Under the pieces are notes generated by a model, which saw only the letters and a list, made by a program, of their open reading frames with translations, was not told the DNA's origin and searched no databases. DNA of 64,000 nucleotides, from contig DASSSZ010000005.1 of NCBI GenBank assembly GCA_035708165.1, positions 112,840-176,839 on the forward strand, read 5' to 3'. Both the position numbers and the translations under genes were made by a program. Shown here one piece after another: positions 9,081-21,101 of this stretch; within the stretch, counting starts at the first letter, position 1, and each line of letters opens with the position of its first letter. This DNA is from Minisyncoccota bacterium (GTDB lineage: Bacteria > Patescibacteriota > Minisyncoccia > Phycocordibacterales > UBA2100).

Positions 9081-9570
9081 GAAGGAGGAGGTGGGAGCCG
9101 ATGCGCTGCTCGCGTCTCTCATCGCGAGCGCGTACACGCTGACGGATGCGCACGCCTGCATCCGCGCGCTTGCGGATGCCGTCGAGCGATCCCGTTTCGG
9201 CGCCGCTGCAGAAGACGCGGCGCGGGCTGCGCTGCCGTGGGGTGCCGCGACTATGCACGCGCTCGCGGGAGGGGAGGACGCGCACGATACGCTCACGGAG
9301 CTTGCGCGCAGGGCAGACGCCCTGCCAGTCCTGGTGCTCTATGTCCCGGCCGCGCTTTCTGCCGCCGGGGTCGAGCGCCTCGGCCGATGGTGCCGAGCGA
9401 ACATCGATCCGTCCCTCATGCTCTCGCTGCATACCGATCCCGCGGCGGCAGGCGGCTGCATCTTCGCTTGGCAGGATCATCTGCATGATTTCTCGCTCAG
9501 CTACTTCCTCGCGAAGGAGCGCGATGCCTTCTCGCGCGTGCTTGCAGCGCACGCCCCGGCTGTCGTATGA
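9070..9570 (+). CDS. F-type ATPase subunit delta/OSCP-like protein
   Basis: C-terminal TDPAAAGGCIFAWQDHLHDFSL resembles the delta 'DP.l.GG....D.S' motif; overlaps neighbours. Confidence 0.6.
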   Translation: MSSKKEEVGADALLASLIASAYTLTDAHACIRALADAVERSRFGAAAEDAARAALPWGAATMHALAGGEDAHDTLTELARRADALPVLVLYVPAALSAAGVERLGRWCRANIDPSLMLSLHTDPAAAGGCIFAWQDHLHDFSLSYFLAKERDAFSRVLAAHAPAVV

Positions 9571-11017
9571 CTGATCGAACCGATACCCGCGGGACTGAAG
9601 TCGGCTTCATCGTCGAGGCGAAGCAGTACGTGCTCACGATCGAGGGACTGCCATCCGCGCGCGTGCACGACGTGATCGTAAGCCAGTCGGGGAGCCGGGC
9701 GCTCGTGCGCTCGCTCGCCGATGATCGCCTGACCGCGCTTGCGCTCGACCCGGTGGCGCCGCGCGTCGGCGATCGGTACGGCTTCCTGCCGGACGATCGC
9801 ATCTTCGCGCTCGGCGAGCATCTCTTCGGGCGGACGATCACGGTCCTCGGCGAGCCGATCGACGGCGGCGCGCCGTTCCCGGCCGGGAATGCCCGGCTCA
9901 CGCTCGATGCGCAGGCGCCGGGCATCGACGTGCGCGCGCCTATCGCCGGCATGCTCGAGACCGGCGTCACGCTGATCGACGCCTTGATCCCGATCGCCAA
10001 AGGCCAGCGGCAGCTCCTCTTCGGCGGCGCGCCGGGGAGCAAGGCATCGTTCCTCGAGGATGTCACGCTGCACCAGGCGTCGCTTGGCGCGGTATGCATC
10101 TACGCCGCGATCGGCATGTCGCTTTCCGAGCTCGAGCGCATCGAGCGGCGCGTCATGCGTGCTGCCACAGGCGATGTCATCCTCATCGCGGCGCTCTCGG
10201 ACCAGCCTTCGGCGCGCATCATGCTCGCGCCGGCGATCGCCTTCGAGATCGCCGCGCATTTCCAGGGGCAGGGGCGGGACGTCCTCGTCATCCTCGACGA
10301 TCTCGACGTCCATGCCAAGTACCTGCGCGAAGTGGCGCTGCTCGAAGGGCGGCTGCCAGGGCGCGAATCATACCCGGGCGATCTCTTCTATGAGCATGCG
10401 CACCTCCTCGAGCGTGCCGGCACCTTCGTCCCGGAGTTCGGCGGCGGCTCCATCACGGCCTTGCCGGTCATCAGGAGCGATCCCAATGCGGCGCTCGGCA
10501 TCGTCTCCACCAACCTGATGTCGACGACGGACGGTCATCTCGCGTTCGACCCCGCGCTCGAGCGCGAAGGCGCGTACCCCGCCGTGGACGAAGCAGCGTC
10601 CATCACGCGCGTGGGCCGGCTCTCGCAGACGCTCCTCGAGAAGCAGCTCTCGCTCGAAGTACGCCAGCGGCTCGCGGAGGCGAAGCGCCAGCGCCAGTAT
10701 GCTGCATTCGGCGCGCCGCTCGGCAAGGCAGCTGCCGACGCCGTGCGCCAGGCGGACATCATCATGGCGCTCTTGCGCCAGCGGCCGGGCGAGCGGGTCC
10801 CGCGCGACCTGGAGACGCCGCTCCTTACGCTCGCATTCACACCACTCCTCCTTTCCAAGGATACGGCGTTCGCGGCGGCCAAACGGCAGCAGCTCCTCGA
10901 CGGGCTCGGGGCCGATCCTGCGCTCGCCGAGCTGCGGACGAGCGCGCGGGAGGGGAGCATGCCGTTCGATGCGTTCCGGCGGCTGGTCGAAGGGAAGCAG
11001 GCAGCATTCGAAGCGCT

Positions 11018-11030
<13 letters not shown>
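9567..11030 (+). CDS. atpA: F1-like ATPase alpha subunit, divergent (degenerate Walker A)
   Basis: ETGVTLIDALIPIAKGQRQL, PGRESYPGDLFY.H..LLERA, GGGSITALP, SITRVG; P-loop reads GGAPGSKAS. Confidence 0.88.
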
Positions 11031-13607
<2,577 letters not shown>

Positions 13608-13671
13608 CGCTATCCCCAATCGAAGCCCGAACAGAGCCGAAAAATCATGGGAGCTTGCTATCATGAGTCCC

Positions 13672-16600
13672 ATGCCACGCTACACGCATGAGAAGACAGC
13701 CGCACCTCGGCGCGCTCGCGGTACGACCCGCCTCGGCGGGCTGCTTCTTGCGCTCATCGTGGTGCTCGCCGGCGTCGCTTCAGGCGTGCCGGGCCGGTTA
13801 ATGACACTCGCCTCGGTCCCGCGGACGCCGCTCCTTGCCGCTGCCGCAGCAGCAGATGCGACCGGTACCGCACCGATAGGTGCTGCCGCAACGAGCATGC
13901 CAGCGCTCGCGGGCGCGCCGAGCAAGCTCGGCATCAACGTCCCGCTCGAGCTCTCGCGTCCGCTTTCGGCGCAATCGGCTACCTTCGCGAAGGATGTGTC
14001 GGCGAACTCCCTCACGATCTCCGGCAGCGCGACCTTCGGGTCGCCGCTCTCGAGCCACGGCCCGGCGACGATCGACGGGCTGCTCGAAGCCGAGGGCGGC
14101 GTCTCGACGAACGGCGCCGATATCGACCTCGGCGGCGGCAAGCTGTTCGCGTCGAACGTGCTTTCCGGGATCACTGCGGGCACGAACGTCACGATCACCG
14201 GGCCGGCGAACCACCCCACGATCTCCGTCAGCATGCCGCAGCAGCAGGCGCCGATCTTCTTCGGTGGCGGAGGCGGCGGCCTCAGCTCGATCACGGCAGG
14301 GAGCGGGCTCTCGGGCGGCACGATCACGGGCGCTGGCACGCTCGCGCTCAACCTCGCCAGCGCGAACGTCTGGAGCGCGCTGCAGTCGTTCGGAGCCGGC
14401 GCATCGACGACCGATCTCGTCATCGCCGGCACCGCGACCACGAGTGCGCTTTCGATCACGAGCGCGACATCCACGCTGCTGAAGACCGATGCGAGCGGCG
14501 CCGTCATCCCGGCAATAGCGGGCGTGGACTACGAGCTGCCGGGCGGCCCGAACGCGGCCGACTGGCTCGTTACGGATGGCGCGCTCTCGCCGACATCCAC
14601 GATCGGCATCCTTATCGGGGCGAGCTCAACCGTGGGCGACGGCTCGCAGGCAGGCGGCCTCACGGTAGCGGGCGGCGCGACGACGACGGGGGACGCATAT
14701 ATCGGAGGGAACATGGCTGCAGCCGGTGCCCTTTCGATTACCGGCACGACGACGCTCGCGAGCATCGCCTCAGGCCTCGTGAAATCGGTCGGCGGCGTGC
14801 TCTCGGCGGCTATCGCCGGGACCGATTATGTCGCGACGTCGACCCTGGGCAGCTATTTCTCGCTTCCTGACTGGTATGCGACGACGACCGATGCCCTCGC
14901 CGAAGGCCCTACGAACAAGTACTACACCGACGCCCGCGTGCAGTCGTATCTCGATTCGCTCAGCAAGGGCTACTACTTCGGCACCACCTCAGCCGCATAC
15001 TTCCTCTCGCAGAACCAGGGCCTCGCGTTCTCTACTTCGTCCGCTAACTACCTTCTTTCTACGAAGGGCTACGGCACCTTCGGTTACCTCTTCCCGAACG
15101 ACGCGACGACGACCGGCCTCGGTTTCTATGCGTCGACGACGATCGGAGATGGGACGCAAGCCGGCGGCCTCACGATCGCCGGCAACGCGACGACGACCGG
15201 CTCTCTTACCATTTCAGGCACAGCGACCTCGACTTTCGCCAGCGGCATCGATCTCGCGAGCGGCTGCCTTGCGGTGAATGGCGCCTGTGTCGGCTCGGAC
15301 CCGTGGGTGGTGAGCGGCGCGGCGATCTCCTACGGGATGGGTAACGTGGGTATCGGGACGACGACGACGCCGTATGCGCTAACGGTCGCGGGCGATGGCA
15401 GCGTCTCCGGCGCGTTCACGGCAAAGAGCACGTTCATGGCTGGCGAGTACACCCGAGCGCTGCCGTGGCTCGATCGCACGGAAGCGGGTACACGCGATTG
15501 GGCTCCCGTCACATCCTCTTCGGATGGAACGCATATCGCCGCAGCGGTATATGGGGGTGATATCTATACCTCGACCGACGATGGCGCGACGTGGACTGAT
15601 CGCACGGCTGCCGGCAGCCGTAATTGGCAGTTCATCACGTCATCTTCCGACGGCATGAAGCTCGCAGCAGTAGTCAACGGCGGCGACATCTACACCTCGA
15701 CTGATGGCGGCGCGATCTGGACCGATCGTACTGCTGCCGGCAGCCGCAGTTGGCAGTCCGTTACCTCATCTTCCGACGGCACGTACCTTGCAGCGGCTGC
15801 CTATAACGGCGATATCTACACCTCGGCCGATGGCGGCGCGACGTGGACCGACCGCACCGCTGCGGGCGCGCGGTATTGGCGCTCCGTCACTTCATCTTCC
15901 GACGGCACGAGACTCGCGGCTGCGGACGGCGCCGCCGCCGGGTACATCTACACCTCTACCGATGGCGGCGCGACGTGGACAGTACGCACCGCTGCGGGCG
16001 GGCAGCGGTACTGGCAGTCCATCACTTCCTCCTCCGACGGCATGAAGCTCGCAGCGGTAGTCAACGGCGGCGACATCTACACCTCGACTGATGGCGGCGC
16101 GACCTGGACCGATCGTACTGCTGCCGGCAGCCGCAGTTGGCATGCCATTGCCTCGTCCGCTGACGGCTCGCTGATCATCGCGAGCGCGGATAATGGGAAT
16201 GTCTATACATCAAGCGACTCCGGTGCGACCTGGACGGAACAAACGGCGCTCGCTTCAGGTCGCTGGCTCGGCGTCAGCATGTCTGCTGACGGTACCAAGC
16301 TGGTAGCGGCAGCTCTTGGCGGCGATATCTGGGTATACGATGCTGCAGGCATCCAGACCCCTTCGTTCATCGTCGACTCGACGACCCACAACGTCGGCGT
16401 CGGCTCGACGACGCCTGGATCGCTCCTCGCCGTCGGCGATAGGAACGGCATCAATTTCTCGACCGCCACGAGCACGTTCTCTTCGATCGGCGGCATCAAC
16501 CTCTCTGCCGGCTGCTTCGCCGTCGATGGCACGTGCATCGGCACGGTCCCCTGGGCCACCAATGGCTCGGCTATTTCCTATACCGCCGGCAATGTGGGGA

Positions 16601-19011
16601 TTGGGACGACGACGCCGTTCGCTGCGCTTTCCGTCGCCGGCAATACGTTCCTCGGCGGTACGCTCACCGCGACCGGCACCGTCTCCTTCGCGAACGCTCT
16701 CGGTATTTCTTCCGGCGGCACGGGCCTCGGCACTGCTCCTGCCTATGGGAATCTGCTCCTCGGCAACGCGAGCGGCGGATACGATCTCGTCGCCACCAGC
16801 TCGCTCGGGATCAGCGCGCCGTGGACCACCAACGGTTCCACCGTCTCCTACATTGCCGGCAACGTCGGCATCGGCACCACTTCGCCCTTCGCGAAGCTCG
16901 CAGTCGCAGGCGATGGCTACTTCACGGGCGGGCTCACGGCATCGAGCTCCCTCGTGGCAGGCTTGTGGCAAACGTCCGTAGGAGGCGGATTCGGGACGCC
17001 GGTCTGGACCGACCGGACTTCTGCAGGCATTCGCAACTGGCATGCCATCACATCCTCTTCCGATGGCACGAAGCTCGCTGCTGTTGACGCTAGCGGCTAT
17101 ATCTACACCTCCACCGATTCCGGTGCTACCTGGACAGCTCGGGCAGCTACCGGCAGCCAGGAGTGGCAATCCATTACTTCTTCCGCCGACGGCACGAAAC
17201 TCACAGCTGCTGTTGCTTACGGCGATATTTTCACCTCCACCGATGGCGGCGCCACCTGGACCGATCGCACCGCTGCCGGCAGCAAGGTGTGGTACGCCAT
17301 CTCTTCTTCCGCCGACGGCACGAAACTCGCAGCTGCTGTCTATGCGGGTGATATATTCACCTCCGCTGATGGCGGCGCCACCTGGATCGACCGCACCGCT
17401 TCCGGCAGCCGAAATTGGGTTTCCATCACCTCCTCTTCCGACGGCACGAAACTCGCGGCTGTTGTCAATGGCGGTGATATCTATACCTCCACCGACTCCG
17501 GCGCTACCTGGACCGACCAGGCTGCCGCTGGCAGCCGCGATTGGATGAGCATCACCTCGAGCAGCGACGGTACGAAGCTTGCAGCAGCAGCCGGCAACGG
17601 CGATATTTTCACCTCCACCGATGGCGGCGCCACCTGGATCGACCGCACCGCTGCCGGTACACGCCGTTGGACTGCCATCACGTCATCTGCTGACGGCACT
17701 GCATTAGCAGCTGCGGTAAATTCTGGCGGCCATATCTACACCTCCGCTGACGGCGGCGTTACCTGGACCGACCAGACCGTCGCCGGTGGCCGCTCTTGGA
17801 CAGCTATTGCTTCCTCCGCCGACGGCGCAAAGCTCGCGGCCGCCGTCTATAACGGCGATATCTACACCTATAACGCCCCCTACACCCCGCCCACCATCAC
17901 GAAATATGCGACGTTCACGGTGGACGGATCGACTCACAACGTCGGCGTCGGCACGACGACGCCTTCGATGACGCTTCAGGTCGCCGGCTCGATCGGGCCG
18001 ACCGCCTCCTCGACCTATAATCTCGGATCTGCCACGTACAATTGGGGCTGCCTCTACTACGACGGCGGCACGCTCGGCACCTGCGCATCCGACGAGCGGC
18101 TGAAGACGAACATCCACGCGCTCAGCTTCGACATGGGCAGCTCGACGGCGCTCGATCAGATCGCGGGCCTCTCGCTGCATTCCTTCGCGTACAAGACGGC
18201 GAGCACGACCATCTACCATGGCTTGATCGCGCAGGAGGTGCGGAACGTGGCGCCGGAGCTCGTCGCCGTGAATGCTGCGACAGGCTTCTTCGAGGTGCGA
18301 TACGGCGACGTGCAGTGGCTCATGCTCGAGGCGCTGCAGCAGCTCATCGCGAAAGTGGATGCGCTCGAAAGCGCGGTCGCAGGCTTCGCGCAGGCGTTCG
18401 CTTCCGACAAGCTCACGGCGGGCAACGAGCTGTGCGTCGGCGACACGTGCGTGACCCCGGCGCAGTTCAAGGCGATAGTCGCAGCGGCGGGTGTGGCTGC
18501 GGCAGGCACGAGCACTGAGGCCGCCACCCCCGCTCCGACCATCACCCTCCTCGGCGCCAACCCCGCCGCCGTCTCCCTCAACGCCACCTACAACGATCTC
18601 GGCGCCACCGCGAAGGACGCCGAAGGCCACGACCTCGGCATCACGTACACAGTGAACGGCTCCACCACGCCTGCCGTCTCCCTCGATACCTCGACCAGCA
18701 CCACCTACACCATCATCTATACGGCTACTGACACGGACGGCCGCTCCGCTTCCGCTACCCGTACCGTGTATGTCGGCGCTGCGACCTCGACTGCACCGAC
18801 AGGCACGGACGCGACGAGCACGCCGAAGGGTTCGGATGGTACGGCGCCGGGCACTGAGCAGGATCAGACGAATGCGAACGATACCGCCTCTTCCACGCCG
18901 AGCGTGAGCGCCGATGCGAGCTCGACGCCATCGGCAGGCTCACTCGCCAGCAGCACGCCATCCGTGTCTTCTGATGCGACGAGTACGGCTGCGACCTCGA
19001 CGCCGAAGTAG
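13672..19011 (+). CDS. Large membrane-anchored tail-fibre-like adhesin: GIGTT repeats, two 7-repeat Asp-box propellers, Peptidase_S74-like chaperone, Ig-like (DUF5011-like) domain, Ser/Thr tail
   Basis: N-terminal TM; GNVGIGTT repeats; 2x7 ~42-aa repeats with TSTDGGATW; SDERLKTNI..GLIAQEV..V.YG; PTITLLGANP..YTATD..RTVYV. Confidence 0.85.
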   Translation: MPRYTHEKTAAPRRARGTTRLGGLLLALIVVLAGVASGVPGRLMTLASVPRTPLLAAAAAADATGTAPIGAAATSMPALAGAPSKLGINVPLELSRPLSAQSATFAKDVSANSLTISGSATFGSPLSSHGPATIDGLLEAEGGVSTNGADIDLGGGKLFASNVLSGITAGTNVTITGPANHPTISVSMPQQQAPIFFGGGGGGLSSITAGSGLSGGTITGAGTLALNLASANVWSALQSFGAGASTTDLVIAGTATTSALSITSATSTLLKTDASGAVIPAIAGVDYELPGGPNAADWLVTDGALSPTSTIGILIGASSTVGDGSQAGGLTVAGGATTTGDAYIGGNMAAAGALSITGTTTLASIASGLVKSVGGVLSAAIAGTDYVATSTLGSYFSLPDWYATTTDALAEGPTNKYYTDARVQSYLDSLSKGYYFGTTSAAYFLSQNQGLAFSTSSANYLLSTKGYGTFGYLFPNDATTTGLGFYASTTIGDGTQAGGLTIAGNATTTGSLTISGTATSTFASGIDLASGCLAVNGACVGSDPWVVSGAAISYGMGNVGIGTTTTPYALTVAGDGSVSGAFTAKSTFMAGEYTRALPWLDRTEAGTRDWAPVTSSSDGTHIAAAVYGGDIYTSTDDGATWTDRTAAGSRNWQFITSSSDGMKLAAVVNGGDIYTSTDGGAIWTDRTAAGSRSWQSVTSSSDGTYLAAAAYNGDIYTSADGGATWTDRTAAGARYWRSVTSSSDGTRLAAADGAAAGYIYTSTDGGATWTVRTAAGGQRYWQSITSSSDGMKLAAVVNGGDIYTSTDGGATWTDRTAAGSRSWHAIASSADGSLIIASADNGNVYTSSDSGATWTEQTALASGRWLGVSMSADGTKLVAAALGGDIWVYDAAGIQTPSFIVDSTTHNVGVGSTTPGSLLAVGDRNGINFSTATSTFSSIGGINLSAGCFAVDGTCIGTVPWATNGSAISYTAGNVGIGTTTPFAALSVAGNTFLGGTLTATGTVSFANALGISSGGTGLGTAPAYGNLLLGNASGGYDLVATSSLGISAPWTTNGSTVSYIAGNVGIGTTSPFAKLAVAGDGYFTGGLTASSSLVAGLWQTSVGGGFGTPVWTDRTSAGIRNWHAITSSSDGTKLAAVDASGYIYTSTDSGATWTARAATGSQEWQSITSSADGTKLTAAVAYGDIFTSTDGGATWTDRTAAGSKVWYAISSSADGTKLAAAVYAGDIFTSADGGATWIDRTASGSRNWVSITSSSDGTKLAAVVNGGDIYTSTDSGATWTDQAAAGSRDWMSITSSSDGTKLAAAAGNGDIFTSTDGGATWIDRTAAGTRRWTAITSSADGTALAAAVNSGGHIYTSADGGVTWTDQTVAGGRSWTAIASSADGAKLAAAVYNGDIYTYNAPYTPPTITKYATFTVDGSTHNVGVGTTTPSMTLQVAGSIGPTASSTYNLGSATYNWGCLYYDGGTLGTCASDERLKTNIHALSFDMGSSTALDQIAGLSLHSFAYKTASTTIYHGLIAQEVRNVAPELVAVNAATGFFEVRYGDVQWLMLEALQQLIAKVDALESAVAGFAQAFASDKLTAGNELCVGDTCVTPAQFKAIVAAAGVAAAGTSTEAATPAPTITLLGANPAAVSLNATYNDLGATAKDAEGHDLGITYTVNGSTTPAVSLDTSTSTTYTIIYTATDTDGRSASATRTVYVGAATSTAPTGTDATSTPKGSDGTAPGTEQDQTNANDTASSTPSVSADASSTPSAGSLASSTPSVSSDATSTAATSTPK
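15646..16142 (+). repeat. 110-bp near-identical direct repeat (15646-15755 and 16033-16142) within propeller repeats
   Basis: Manual alignment shows 2 mismatches. Confidence 0.85.
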
Positions 19012-19025
19012 CGGCACGCATACGA

Positions 19026-19052
19026 AACGCCCCGCCTGAATGGCGGGGCGTT
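19026..19052. terminator. Bidirectional terminator hairpin
   Basis: AACGCCCCGCC-tgaat-GGCGGGGCGTT between convergent genes. Confidence 0.75.
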
Positions 19053-19068
19053 CTGTATCGCTCGTGCG

Positions 19069-20829
19069 TTAGATCGTGAGGAGCGAAGTGATCGACGAGA
19101 GAAGGGAACAGGTCTCGCCGCAGGAGCCGCCCGGCGTCGTGCCGGTCATGGCCTCGAAGTGGCTGTCGATCTCGGACTGGCTGAGGAGGCGGTCATACAC
19201 CGCGACCTTGCCGACGGCGCCCTTGAAGAAGGTATCCATCGCCATCGTGCCGATATCGAGCGGCGAGCCGCCGGCCTTCGGCGTGATCTTGTACTGGCTC
19301 ATGCAGCCGGTCGGTGCATGGTCCGCGAAGCTCTGCTTCACGCCGTCGACCCAGATGCTGATCGAGCCAGGGTACTGCGAGGAGCAGCCCGACGGCGTCG
19401 TCTTCGTCTGGTACTCGGCGACGACATAGACCCACTCGCCGGAAGCGATCTGTCCCTTCGACGGCTGCCAGTCCGCGGCGCTGCCGAGGCCCGCCGACGG
19501 GTTGAAGACGTAGGCCGAGAGGCGCTCCGGACGGCCCTCGGCCGTATCGGATCCGTAGATGCGGGCCTCCCACTCGCACGAGGGCGAGTAGTCCTCGCAC
19601 TTGCCCATCCAGTCCACGTAGCCGTCATCGCTATCCTTGGGGAAGGAGAACGTGTCGGCGCGGACCCAGCCTTCCCAGGTGAGCGCGCCCGTGGCGGGGA
19701 TGGAGAACGAGCGATCGGACGGGACAGTCAGGTACTGGCTCGTGCCGTTGAAATCGGCCGCCGTATCACCGTTCGGGAGCGTCGCCGAAGACGGCGTGCC
19801 GCCCTTGTAGGTGCCAGTGTGGCCGTTGCCCGAGAGGTCCTGCTCATGGCCGGAAGCCATGCCATCCATCGCGAGGTAGAGGACAGGCTTCGCGGCAAGG
19901 ATCGTCGCGTCGTACGCGGTGCCGGCCTTGGTGCTGCTCGTGCCGCTCTCAGCCGGAGCCGGATCGGATGCGACAGGGTCGCTCGATGCGGCCGCTGCCG
20001 ACGCCGCTGTCTCGAAGTTATCGAAGACGAGGTCGCCGAAGGTGCTCTCGATGCCGGCCGTACCAGCCTTCGCGAGCGTCGCGTCCGAGTCGAGCGCGGA
20101 CGCCGCGAGGGTCCAGCGGCCGGTCCAGCCGATGTCGGTGTAGAGGCTGAGCTTCTGGCCCTTCGACGTGTTGGTCACGTCGAGCTTGAGGCCGACCCAC
20201 TTATTGAGCGGGATCAGATCGGCATCGCCGCTCGCGCTCCATGTGCCCGGAAGCACCTTCTTCACGGCGAGCGTGGTGAACGAGCCGTTCACCTTGCGCT
20301 TGATGACGACATTGCCGTCAGCGCGGATGCCGGCGTAGTAGTAATCATTCCCGTCCTGGTAGCGCGCGATGACGGACTCGCCGTTGTACGCGTGCCGGTT
20401 CGCCGCGTTCGACAGGTTGTCGCGGATGCGGTCGAAGTAGGCGGAGACGGACCCGTCCGCGAGCGCCTGCTTCGTCAGCATGAGGAAGCTGTTCTGCGGA
20501 TGCGTGCCGCTATCCGACCAGACGGCGCTGCCGCTGCGCTTCTGCGCTCCTTGGAGCGTCTGGCCGCGGCCGCCCTTGATCACGAGGGCGTCGCCCTCCG
20601 CGAGCCAGAAGTACGGGCTCGTGCTATTCGCAGGAGAGGACGCCTCACGCAGGGTGCCGGCGCTGTTGAACGTATAAAGGAAGGGATTCGGCACTGCGCT
20701 CTGCGCGGTTGCCGGCGCTGCCGGGACGAGCACGGCTGCTGCCGTGATCACGCCCGCAAGCGCGATGCCGAACGTGCCGAGGGCGCGGAGCGCCTGCGGA
20801 CGAGCGGCATGGGATAACGGAGGGTTCAT
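19069..20829 (-). CDS. Secreted protein with ConA/LamG-like jelly-roll domains
   Basis: Signal/TM segment; DFNGTSQY, TWEGWV, WVDG, FFKGAVGKVAVYDRLLSQSEI typical of LamG-like family. Confidence 0.75.
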   Translation of the reverse strand: MNPPLSHAARPQALRALGTFGIALAGVITAAAVLVPAAPATAQSAVPNPFLYTFNSAGTLREASSPANSTSPYFWLAEGDALVIKGGRGQTLQGAQKRSGSAVWSDSGTHPQNSFLMLTKQALADGSVSAYFDRIRDNLSNAANRHAYNGESVIARYQDGNDYYYAGIRADGNVVIKRKVNGSFTTLAVKKVLPGTWSASGDADLIPLNKWVGLKLDVTNTSKGQKLSLYTDIGWTGRWTLAASALDSDATLAKAGTAGIESTFGDLVFDNFETAASAAAASSDPVASDPAPAESGTSSTKAGTAYDATILAAKPVLYLAMDGMASGHEQDLSGNGHTGTYKGGTPSSATLPNGDTAADFNGTSQYLTVPSDRSFSIPATGALTWEGWVRADTFSFPKDSDDGYVDWMGKCEDYSPSCEWEARIYGSDTAEGRPERLSAYVFNPSAGLGSAADWQPSKGQIASGEWVYVVAEYQTKTTPSGCSSQYPGSISIWVDGVKQSFADHAPTGCMSQYKITPKAGGSPLDIGTMAMDTFFKGAVGKVAVYDRLLSQSEIDSHFEAMTGTTPGGSCGETCSLLSSITSLLTI

Positions 20830-21101
20830 AGGATCACGTCCGGGGCGGAGCGAAGGCTCCATCCGGACTGCTGTTCATTGGTCGTGTAATCAGCGGGTGG
20901 CATACGTTCCTGAGTTTGAGATGAACGCACCGCAGGGTCATGTTCGCGCAGCGGCTACGGAGAATCAAATGAAGCCGCCACCATGAACAAGCCGCTCATA
21001 TTCATATGCGGTTCACCGGGGCTGCATACCATAGCACTAACGCCACGATCCTCTGTATGAAGTTATCAAGACTCGTCTTTGCATAATCGAACACGATCCA
21101 T

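Noticed and set aside
15460-17875. CRISPR array or diversity-generating retroelement in the ~126-bp repeats
   Set aside because: Repeats are in-frame protein blades without repeat-spacer structure; no cas or reverse transcriptase gene; the two mismatches in the 110-bp pair are not both adenine-specific
13672-19011. Prophage tail gene
   Set aside because: N-terminal TM anchor and no capsid, terminase, portal or integrase genes nearby
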